64,000 nucleotides of DNA from positions 1 through 64,000 of the forward strand of contig JAAILG010000107.1 in the NCBI GenBank assembly GCA_012026655.1. Reading direction: 5' to 3'. The DNA comes from Hydrolagus affinis. Taxonomy: Eukaryota. Below, in pieces: positions 36,301 through 48,300 of the stretch (its first letter is position 1; each line of letters starts with the position of its first letter). The notes beneath the pieces are model-generated. The model saw only the letters and a program-made list of their open reading frames with translations. It was not told the DNA's origin and made no database searches. The translations under genes and the position numbers were made by a program.

Positions 36301-39300
36301 AAATGGCCCCGAAGTCCACTTGTCCTCAAAAACATGGATGCAAGAGGAGAATAGTGACCCATTTGTGTATTTTTATTTGTTCACATTAACAAAAACGGGT
36401 AAGCATTCTTAGCATTACTTGGTGAGAGCTCTGAACTTGATGTCGAGTGCAAATGAATACAGGTCTTGAAGAATTCTGAAGCTTTTTTTATAATTGTACT
36501 TGACATATCATTCATATCCCTACGAGTGTGAAATTCTTTTCGGTGAGGAAACTCTGCTAAGAACTAGGATAGAGAGAAAATTTGATGGCGAATCTGAAGC
36601 AGCAACGATTTGGTGTAGAGAATGCAAGATGGTGAAATCTGGCTTTGTTTCCCAACCGTAATCAGCCTTTAATAGGGGACTATCCATATTACTGGCTGCA
36701 TCCTGAAGGTGTTGTACATTTAACTTTTATGATTGATACAAACACAAAGTGGACGAATATGATGATTGTAGACTGAGAGGGCACCGAAGAGCAAGATTGT
36801 GGAAGGAACTGAGCTGAAGAAAGAAGTGTAGATTGACTACTATTTGCATCTCCTTCCAAAGTTGCTAATTTTACAAAATTTTATGCACGTAATCTGATAT
36901 TTTATACGAGGTGAACCTCACTAATGTAAATATATTGCATATGTATAATAATCTCATGCCATAAATTGATATTCCTCATCATTGTAAATCTGCTGTTCAA
37001 GCATCTTCTGGCAGTAATACTGAATTTCTGATTCCTGTACATAACTGAAGCATTAAGGATAGCCTTTTGAACAGCAGACATTTTGTATTGAGTGTTCATC
37101 CCAGCTATCCAATTCATTTTCTCCACTGAAAAGCTAATCAACTCTTTATTTCTCTCTCTCAGTGGTGCGTTATGTTTTTGGCTATGCTGAATATTGATAT
37201 ACCAGAATTAGTAAATTTCATATTCATCTACTGCATTTCTTTTGTTCTGGTCACAACCCCCCGCAAAGCACTACCATGTGTGAGGGGTGCTATATAAATC
37301 CATATTTAGTATTTGATGCTCATTTAAGGATAGCAACGGTTAATGCAATAAAAAAACTTTTATGCTTTGTAGCAGAGGAGCAAGGTGATCAAACATCAAA
37401 TAAAAATGAGAGCAAAGATGTGAGTTCCGATGAGGACGAAGAATCCATACCGGGATGCACTATATTTATCAAGAACCTAAACTTTTCAACAACTGAAGAA
37501 GCTCTGACCGAGGTAAATTTTCTTGTTAATTATGGAAAGGAATAATATTGGTAATGCACATTGTGATGTAAGAGATTCTGTTTTTTTCCTTCTAAAGTTT
37601 TAGTCCTCTTGAAGTTGCTTTATTTAAGAACTTTCATTGACCATTTAAGTCACAGATCTCTGTAAACCCTTAGAGGATAGACTATACATTGGAGCAGGCA
37701 GTAGACATCAAGCCTTATGTGGCTTGCAGCTGCTTTGAGTCCAGAAGCAAGAGGGAAGTTATAAATTAGGGTTAAACTATAGCATCACTGACTGATGACT
37801 GAGTTTGCTGACTATTAAGTAAGGCCACATTTTTGTTCATGCCCATTTTCTCAGAAATTTGCATCACTTACCTCAGTGTATATCTGTTGTGATTATTATG
37901 ATTGCTAAGCAAAGCAACTAACTGTCAGCTAAATAAGGTTTTCATTGTTACACTGTCCTGAACTTTAGAGCTTTTATTCATTTTAGATGTGTGTGGCCTT
38001 TGGCAAATAGCATTTAGTTTAGTTAGGATTAATACTATAATAAATCTGTTTATGATGTTCAAATAGCTGTAATAGTATTTTCAGCCTCACAGTGTGAGCT
38101 AAAAATGCACAGAATCGCCTTGCCCAAGGAAGTAGAAGCCTTCCTAGACTTACAGATAGTCTTGAGTGTTAACATGTTCTAAATAACTTGCGCTATATGT
38201 TACAGTGAGTAATTTGAGGGTGCTCAAAAGGAGATTTGTGCTTGCAGCAGAGACCCTATAACCCAGAAGTGGGTTTGGCAGCTTTTTAATTTTATTTTGT
38301 GGCACCTTTATAATATGGGGTCCAGCTTTATGGATCCTAAACCCCCCACATTGTAATTGGATTGAACGTTTGGAATTTCTTCTACTTGGAAATCAAGAAA
38401 AACAAACATTTTGTGCATGCAGTGGTAAACACTATGAAAGTATGCCTCTTTTCTTTCCAGCACATACCGAGTATAACTAGCGTACTCTAAACATCTTAGA
38501 AGTAGCAAAGTAGAGAGAAAGGGGTTTTGACGTGGAAACTAATTATTTATGCAAAACACATTTTATAACTGTAATCAATGCAATTTTGAAGTACGCCATG
38601 TAGAAAAGGGTGCAAACCTTTTGATGTTAAAGGCAGTTATGGTTCATTTTTAAGAAAATATCTCTGAATTAAGAATAAACTAAGGATGCAGCACAATAAA
38701 GCTTAAATATTTTGAATCCCTGAGACATTATCTCTCATTCTCACTGCCTGGTGTCTCTGACTGAATGTTCTGCATTTGACCGGATTAGCCACAACCTACT
38801 AAATCAACTTGACAAGCTTTGTTTAATTCAGCGGGTATTTCTAGATTTAATTCCCTCTTTTTTTGCCCCTTTTTTCCTTTGCCTCCTTTTGTTCTTATTT
38901 CTGATTACTCAGCACAGCATCTGAACTGTTATTTAAAACCTTTTATAAACAAGTGATATTTGTAGGGTATTTTCACGCTGTTGCACGTTTCGGGGTCAAT
39001 GTTATGGGGTCAATTCACTTTTTTTTAATGAACTTAGTTGGCATAGGTTCAAGGGAGAACTGTGAAGCATAGATGAATTGCTACATGGATAAATTTGGCA
39101 AAACTATGCATTGGAGAAAATTGTACAGTACTATCTATAACAATTTGTGATTGTACAAACTATCTGCTGACTGTTAGCCAGAAGCGTGCTTTGCTAAATT
39201 TGCTGGAAGCCAGGCTAACAACTGGACACAAGGATTTTACCAAGGAATCCAATTCAGCCACGTTTAGCTACTTACAGGTTTTGTAGCTGTGTGGTGTGTA

Positions 39301-42300
39301 GATAACCCATTTTGTTAGTGCTATCAAATGTATGCCATGCTGTTATTCACTGCATTATTTTAGAGAAATAATGGCGACATTTAAAGAAAACACTCCTTTG
39401 ACTCAGTATTTATTCCATTTGTAAATAACCATTCTGTCTGTTTTATTGACTTGATTATTCAGCCTTTGTAGCATTATTTGCATCCTATGATACAGTAGTG
39501 AACAAAACTACTGTTCACCCCTGGATTTGATTTGAATCCTGTTCAGATTAAGGAAACAAAATTCTCTGTGGACTGATTGAGTGTAGGCGCTTTTAAAGTT
39601 GAGGTGTATTGTTGCAACTGTTCACCTCTCTTAATCCATTGAAACCCCAGCAGAGCCATTTGTCACCTTGGAGTACAAAAACTTCTGTCCAAACGGTTAA
39701 AGAAAATATATTACTTGCTGCTTGACTGTAAGAACTCGGCTAAATTGTTTTCGGTTTCCCAAAATGTTTAATTAAAGTGTTGGTTTCATGTCTTGTGTAG
39801 ATGTTTCAACAGTGTGGACCATTGAAAAGCTGCATTATTTCAAAGAAGAAAGACAAGACCGGTATGCTGTTTGTGTGCATTTAACTTTTTACATTGTACA
39901 GATAAACCTGATCCCAAGTTTCAGATTAAGGAAAGTAGACCAATTTCCATAGCCTATCATTTGCAATGGTGACCAAATGTCTTCCTTCTGAGCTAAAAAT
40001 GTCTGTTTCAAGAATTGCCTATGACCCATTCAGTGAAATCAAGCTTACTTAATACTAGGGTCCGTCAATATGGAAATTTTCCGATTTAGATATATCGATG
40101 GGCTCATATCGAGATATACCGAAATATCGATATTTTCGGGGTTTTCGTACTGCGCATGCGCGCGCATTCGGAGTGTGCGTGCATTCGAAGTGCGTGCGCA
40201 TTCGGGGTGCGTGCGCATTCGGGGTGCACGCGCATTCGGGGCCTATCTCTTCAGGAGGTAAATATCGTTCTCTCTCTGTGTCTCTCACACTCACTCTCTC
40301 CATCTCTGTGTTTTTCTGTCTGTGTCTCTGTGTCTCTCTCCTCTCTCACATCCCCCCCATCTCTATCTATNNNNNNNNNNNNNNNNNNNNNNNNNNNNNN
40401 NNNNNNNNNNNNNNNNNNNNNNNNNNNNNNNNNNNNNNNNNNNNNNNNNNNNNNNNNNNNNNNNNNNNNNCCCCCAGCCTTCTCTCTCCCCTCACCCCTT
40501 GCATACCTGTATATTGTATTCTAGGACTATGAATACAATATGGCGGCTTTGCACCTCGGTCTGTGCATTGTGTATAGAGATGAGCATTCTGGGTCTTGTA
40601 GTTCAGTGTGCGCACATTCCGATTTTTTCCCTCGATATATCGATATTTTTGAAATGCCTATATCGGCGTATCGATATAAAAATTATATTGGGTTTTAGCG
40701 ATATATGGCTGGACCCTACTTAATACCAAACTTACTGAAAGGCTATATTTAGTCTATTGAGTGGTAATACAGTACACTACAAATTTATATTTAAATAGGG
40801 CCTTTTTGTGTCGAGAGCGTGTCCCAAGGCACTGGTACGGAGATAAGATAACTTTTAAAGCAAAGACACATATAGACTCAGAATTTTACAGTGCAGGAGG
40901 AGGCCATTTGGCTCATTGTACATGTGCTGGTTCTTTGTTAGAAATACAAACTAGTCCCAATTTTCCACTCCCCATATGTTTTTAAAGTATTTCTAGTTTG
41001 CAATAAAAAATTACTTAACATGACCTATGAGGTGTAGGTATCTTCCTCTTTCTGGTAGCATTGTAAACTTGTTGGACAGACTTCAGTTTTACTTCATCAT
41101 CTTACGCTGGATGTTATAGTGACAAATAAGCTATGTGAGTTTTGGTCGGGGATAATGTCCAACCATTTGAGTTATCTTGTGCTGATTTTGAATTTCTGAT
41201 TCATTGTGCTCTCTAGGTTCTCTTTTGTCAATGGGTTATGGTTTTGTAGAATATAAGAAGCCAGATTGTGCTGAGAAAGCATTAAAGCGATTGCAGGTAA
41301 CCAAGCAAGTATTGTATTGGTGGAATAATATTTGTCATTTTCCTTATATGATGTGCTGAATGTAACTGAAATCCTTTAGATTCTATAGCAGCTTTAATTT
41401 TATTTTTAAAAGTATACCTGTAACAAAAGTGATTCTTTAAAATGTGATCAATCATTATAATGAAACTTTGCTATACCTAACTCTTATTGTAAATAGTAGA
41501 GTTGTGAGCTGATATTGAAAATGACTGTACAACTGTGGATTGTTTAAAAAATGCAATACTTTTATTTAAATTAGTCTTTGCCATTTCCTGTGATATATTC
41601 CTCATATTTGCCATTTCCCTATAATATATTCCCGTTTTTGTAAAAAAAAAGAAAGTCCCATTACAAATCTTTAAGTTTACTTTCTTTGCATCACACTGAT
41701 GCTTATGGGATTTACCTGTATATTTGTTTCCCCCTCAGCACTGTATGGTGGATGATCATAAGCTGGAGCTGAAGATATCAGACAGAGCAACAAGGTATTT
41801 GTTTTAATCTGTTCAATGCTTTGGATTGCTTCTGAATTGTGTCATTTATGGCTAGTTAGTTTACATCTAATCTTCCCAGTTCATTGACCAAAGCCTTCCA
41901 TGTAGCTTCCATTCATGATTCATACCTGACCCGTAGAACTTATCAATAGAACTCCTCAACAACCACAGCCTTCACTTTAGATCAGGCCAAATTATGTTAC
42001 GTCACTGTTATCAAAGCCTAACAATAATCATTAATGGATTGTATAGCTACAGTTTAAATATTTTAAACAGTATTAAAAACACCTTTCACTTATAATTCCA
42101 CTACAACCAAATTATTGGCCAGATTTCTATCCCATGATCATTACCATTTTCCTTACCACATCTCTTCATTACTGATGTACCGTTAATCCTTAGGATGCCT
42201 TTGTTACCCTTAATTGCACATTATAAACTCTTGTGTTGAGAAATCATCAACTTTATTCTAATTTGATTTCTTTGAGGTAGACATTAGTTGTTGGCAATTC

Positions 42301-45300
42301 TAGCTTGATAGACACCAGCCTTCAGAATTACCGGTGCTGCTCATTATTTCTAGAATTGGCAGTACATATAGTTGGCAAAATATTAGATACACTTCCCTTC
42401 TCTCACCAATATTTTGACCTGCTTTAAAGAAGAAACTGACTTGGTACCAATTACATTTTTAAGACCGATCACTTAAAACGGAAGCTTTTGGAGTTGGTGC
42501 ATATAATTGTAAATAGTAACCTTTCCAGCCTGTTTCTAAAAACTTGGCATATCCATTTATCACCTTAGAGCAAAATAGTTTGTTCAGAAGAATTAAGAAA
42601 ACATATGTTGCCTTCCACTTGATAACAGCAACTCGTTTGAATTAAATTTGCAAGCACCCCTCAGAAAATGTAAGTTGTACCCAAAAGGAAAAAGTTTCTA
42701 AAAAGGAATATAGTATCTCTTTTGGTAGATGAGAATTTTGTTTTGAATAAGGAAGAGCTGGAACAGGTCACAAAGGATTCAATGCAAGAAGAACTAAGAA
42801 ACTAATATAAAATACATATTACATGCAGTGAGATTGCTTTGTGTTAATCTCACCAAAGGTGAAATCTCACCAAGGCTAATTGCCAACTGAGGTTTTCCAG
42901 TTCAATGTGTATGCTTGTTGTTACTGGTTTTTCAAGAAAGCTTCAGAAAGCTTGCTAGAGCTTTCTCCAGTTGCTGGAGAATTAAATAATGAGAAGGTCT
43001 CAATTTTAATGCTTTTCACTTCAATAGTCTGCTTCTAGAGCTTTGTTCGAGATGGATCACTAGGACTTTCCTCATTCTCACCTTGATTGTTCAGTGGCAG
43101 AGTTGACTCAACTCGGATACCTGGCCAAGTGCTGAGGACAAGCAATTCCATTAACTAACCCAGAAATTTGTGATCTGTTTTCAATAGGTTAAATTATTAT
43201 TTTTTCCCCATGTTTTAAGGCCTATGACTACTTCAGCTAGAAAACTCCAAAAAGTGAAGAAGCAAAAGGTGTCCAAAATTCTGGTCCGAAATATTCCATT
43301 CCAAGCCAAACCAAAAGAAGTCCGTGAGCTTTTCAGGTAAAAACATATTCAATATTTTTCCCTGTTTTATTTTATTTGGATGCATGTGTGTCCAAGCTTG
43401 TTCAGAACACACTGCTAATTTGAAGGAGAAATCAATCCATGTTTAAGGGGATGTCTAATTTGGTTTGGAAGTTGCCTTTATTCAGAAATTTCTGTCACAG
43501 CTACAGTCTGGTTGTTGGGATAAGCAAAATACAGGATTACAATTTACCTCTGTTCATGTCAGAGATCCAAAGGACTGAAGAGGATCAAGTTCAATGCATT
43601 GCCAGCAATTTTATTCAACTCATTAAAAAAAAAACTTGGGTCCCTAATGGTGGTCCCATGAATGAACAAAATTATAGGTACCGGTTCGTAACGGTTTCAA
43701 ATGTGCCTTAAAATCCTTATTTTTGTGGAGTCCTGTAACTCAGTGGTAGGAGCACTCGAATTGTAAGATAGAGACCCAGGTTTAATTCCAGGCAGGACAA
43801 AACTATGGACAGGTTTCCTTACTCCACATGCCTAATAATCATCCCTCAGAAAAAAAAACAATAATATTTTGGTCACATCATTGCACAACTGTTTGTGGGA
43901 CACTGCGGTCGGTGCACAATTGGCTGCCTCATTTTGCCCACAAATATACAGTCAATTCACTTTACACCATATTCTGTGAAGTGCTTTAAGACTTCTAGAT
44001 TAGGAGATGTGAAAGGTACTGAATCAAAATGCATGTAAATAATATTATTTATTATTTTTACATATTGGTGTCTACTATTTTAGTAGTTTTGCACTTTCAA
44101 AAAAGAATGTTGATTTAAAACATTACTAAGGAATTCATAGAATTATGCAACCCTTCAATACCAGTACTTCTTGCTGTAAGTATCATAAAATTGCACTTAC
44201 ACATTTAATCTAATTTAAGACTTTTTTTAAATTGAAAGTATTTGGGCCACAGTGAAGCCTACATATTTCTGTGCATATTATTAATACACTTTTAATGTAT
44301 ATTTTAAAACTTGAACAAATAAATATTAAATGTCTGACTATTTACATCAATTGATTTCCTAAACCGTTGGTATTGACGTTCTTTGCAATGAGAACTTTTT
44401 GAATAATAGTTGCCCTTTCAGTTTTATTTTGTGGAACATTGGTGTTGCAGTATTCAATGGATTTATATTATGTCTTTCCAATAGACAAGTGTGTGATCAT
44501 TTTTAAGATTCAATCTTGTTAATTAAAATTAAAGCAACAATTCATGCTTGTGGTGCAGATATGAAGTAGTTTATCTCAAAGTCTGTGTGTAGATCACATT
44601 TTATTAGGTTGCCATTATGTGGACTGGAGATTTATTTTTGTGCCATCTTAATGGCACTGTACACGATAGGACAGTTCATTTTTAACTGTGGGATATGCAG
44701 AGCACTTTTGTACAAACTGAATTTTTTCGTGAAGAGCAAGACTTTTGGTGGATTCCTTTGTGATCAAATCATGATGAATTTTGTTCCTTGAGGTAATGAA
44801 ATTATTCAGAATAGCAATTTGAATACTATGCTTTAAGACATTTACCAGAGGAAGCTGTTTCAATGCATGTTTGTTGGATATTACAAGAATGTATGATGTG
44901 TATATTATAATGTCATTAGAAGGTGGTGTGATTGATGTTCAGAATTAATCCCATCAAATAATGTATGTAATTGTATAATTAAGCCTCAGTATATATTTTT
45001 GAATGTTTGCTCTTGTTTAAGCTCTTATTGTTGCATGGGCTGAACAACTTGGTGTTGTTGTTTTTTTTATTTTGGCCACCAGAGGGCACAATAAGACTAG
45101 CAGGTGGATTTGAACTGAACTACCGGTAGTTTTCTTCCAGTCAGTTAGTTTACGTTATAGCAGGAAGCAGCTAGAAGACGAGAAGACAGTTGGAAAGGTT
45201 TAGATCCAATACACGTTGAGTTAAGCCTGAGTAAATGAATGATGAGTTTCGGGTTTTTCACCATTCACCAATCAGATTAGGCTTGAACAGTTTCGAAATG

Positions 45301-48300
45301 AATGGAGAAAGGGTCAGAAACCTGAAAGCCAGGAGGACAGTGATCAGCATTGTGATGGAGCACTGCTACACACCTTTACTTTCTCATGCAGTAAGTTCCA
45401 AATTTCACCTGGGGAAAGAGTCAAGTGAGGCTGTGTGCTTTTCTGATGGATGAGATGGAGAAAAAAAACATTGGTTGACTAATTTCTGACTGCCTTTGCT
45501 CATCTTATCCTTCAAGTTTACAGAGGAACAGAAGAATTGGGTTAGGCTCTACTCGTGGAGCAGGAAAACTTAAGGGTTGAAGTTTTTAAAAAATATATAT
45601 ATAATATTATAGAAGTTGGCCTTTGAAGAGACTTGAAACCAACATTACTGACCGCTTTGGATTTTCTAGCATTTTCAATTTGAGGTGACTAATTCACTTA
45701 ATAAACTGTAAAAATATTTTCATACATTAATACGTGAGTAATTAGTGAGTATCGCAACATTTTTTTATATCCATGTGACTGGGGCGTTGATGGCTCAGCA
45801 ATAAATATTAACACTTATTTCTGTAAAGCAATACCCTGATTTTCCTTCATCACCACTAGAAGTCTGCTAGTTTGATTGTTAGAAGTCTATTTTCAGCCAT
45901 GAGCATCCTGTTTTTCCAATTATTTTGTTGTAATGTTGGTGTTAACGGGCATTAATTTGACATGCTGTGATGAAGAGCAATTTTTTTCCTATAAGATGTT
46001 TGTCAGGTTTATTAATATTTTATGTTGCAATCAAAGGAAACCTTTGTTTATTTTCTTGAGGAAAAAATCCCTCTAGTGGAGTTTGTTATCACTGCATTTC
46101 TTCATTAGTCTATAATCAGTAAAAATGCATTGGGAAAAATTCTAGATATATAAACTTCTAATTGTCTTGCTGAAACCTTGTGGATTAAAAAAAAAGCGGT
46201 GTTTGACCAAGGTCAACTGGAGACCATGTTGGAAGAGGCTTTTCTGGCAGGATTTTGATTTTTCATCACTGCAATATAAATGCGGCCAATGTGAATCGAT
46301 TTGTGCTCCATCCCAAAATTGTCTGCTAAAATTTATAACTGATTTATGTGGTTAGCTCTAATAATATGAAACTAACTGCTGAGCAAACCCCAAACAAAGG
46401 CAATTCGGAGCGGGAAATTTAAATGCATCCACTGAAATCACTGCTGCTGAAAATTGTGTGAACTCGGCATTAAATTCTGCCTGCATTTACATTAGTCCCA
46501 TTCCTACAGGCAAAATATTCAATCAAAAAAGCAGCCTTTCTCCATCATTTCCAAGTTGAATTAGTGGTTTAGTGCATTGTACATTTAATGCAGCATTGAG
46601 GATTCTGCTTCAAACATTCAGCCAAAACTAGAATTTATCACCGAAGTACAATAAAAATTAAATAAATTCATAAATAAAAATTAAATTTTGAGGACAGAAA
46701 TGTTGTTTGAGATTATCGGGATTGGCTTGCTAAGAACATTCTCTCAGAAAACAAAAAGCTCTGCAAATCAGTAATTGGTAGCAACTTGTTCTTTTATAGG
46801 GGAGGGGAAAGAACAACTTTTTAGGCTTATTTTGTTCCCAGGCTTTCTTTTGGCGCTATGAGTTTTGTTAATAGCAGTGCCACCACTGCAGGTTTGAAAA
46901 GACACCTACATCTCTGACATGACACCTGATTATAAAAGGACTGAATCGACCAACATGGGCCTGGGTGTTGAATACCCAGCATGCATTCTGTGATTTTTCT
47001 TCCTGACCACAATTCCCACTGGGTCAGTGTGCTCAGTTCTTCAATATGTATGTCAGCTGTAGAGGATAATGCCATATGTCATTGTCAAATGGCTGCTTTG
47101 TGAGAATTATTCATGAACATATGAAACTAGTCATGATCTATTGTGGAGTTTCTTACCAAGTACACTATACTACTTTTCTGAGTCTGTGCGCTTGTGTGTT
47201 ACCAACTGACTTTTTGAGTATATTCCTCCCTTGATGCCTATTTGTCTATCTTTTAGAGATATGAATTTATTACTTGCTCTTCTTTGCCGTGTGGTTTTTG
47301 TTTCAAAATAAATGTTTTATTCTGTGGGTTCTAACGCGAGTTGTACCATTCACCATCTCCAGAATAAAACGTTATCTTTCCACAAAGCTGTGAAGCTACT
47401 TCCAAGCTGTTTAGAACTATCCGAGTTGTTGACTTGCACTGTCTCTAACTTTTCTTCTTTCTATAGTCAACTGCCTTTCTTTAATCATCCTTGGCTCAGA
47501 TACCAAATATCAAAGATCTGAAAATTTCAGGCAAGAATCCATACTCAACCATTAGTCTCTTCAATTTTCTTCCCTCTAATTTGCAATTGCAACTGTCTGA
47601 TACCTCACCTAAACGGTTATTCTTCGCGCGTGTGTGTGTGGAAAGCTTTTAGAGGCAATAGGCTATCCAAACACCAATGACATTATGACTGAGATTGTAT
47701 GAGTTGAGATGGAATTGAGCAGTAGTCTTTATTGGCTACCTTGTCAAATTAACCCTTGTTTTATTTGAATCAAATCACATGAATCAGAGCTTTTGATCTG
47801 ATACTTAATTGTAGCTGCAAAACAATCTGTTATACCATTGGACCAGTTGACTTAATAATGTCAATTCCAAAGTAACTGATGGATTTTGTGCTTTTTATGA
47901 TTTTGACCCATTTCCTTTACCTATTTAGATTGTTAAGTTTTTTTTTAAATGTTGTGCCTTTATCTATTGTACAAACTTAGCCAATTTGTAATCATTCTGA
48001 TTGGTAATTAACAAAAGCAGACATACATAAAAAAATTTTTTAAAGGTAATTTAATTGTTTAAACGTATTATGTTAAATGCAAAAGATGAATGCCTTGTTT
48101 GGGCGTAGACAAAGCTTTTATGGTGTAGATATTTTAGAAATTATGAAGCAAGATAAACAAAAGTAGTAGATAAAATTAATTGGTGAGATTGAGCCACATC
48201 ACCAGATAAAATTTTAAATGTAACCTGAGTTGGAAGTCCTCGCTATCCTTAGAGTATACACAGTATGTGCTGATGAAATTATTTGAGGATGCTGCCTTCG

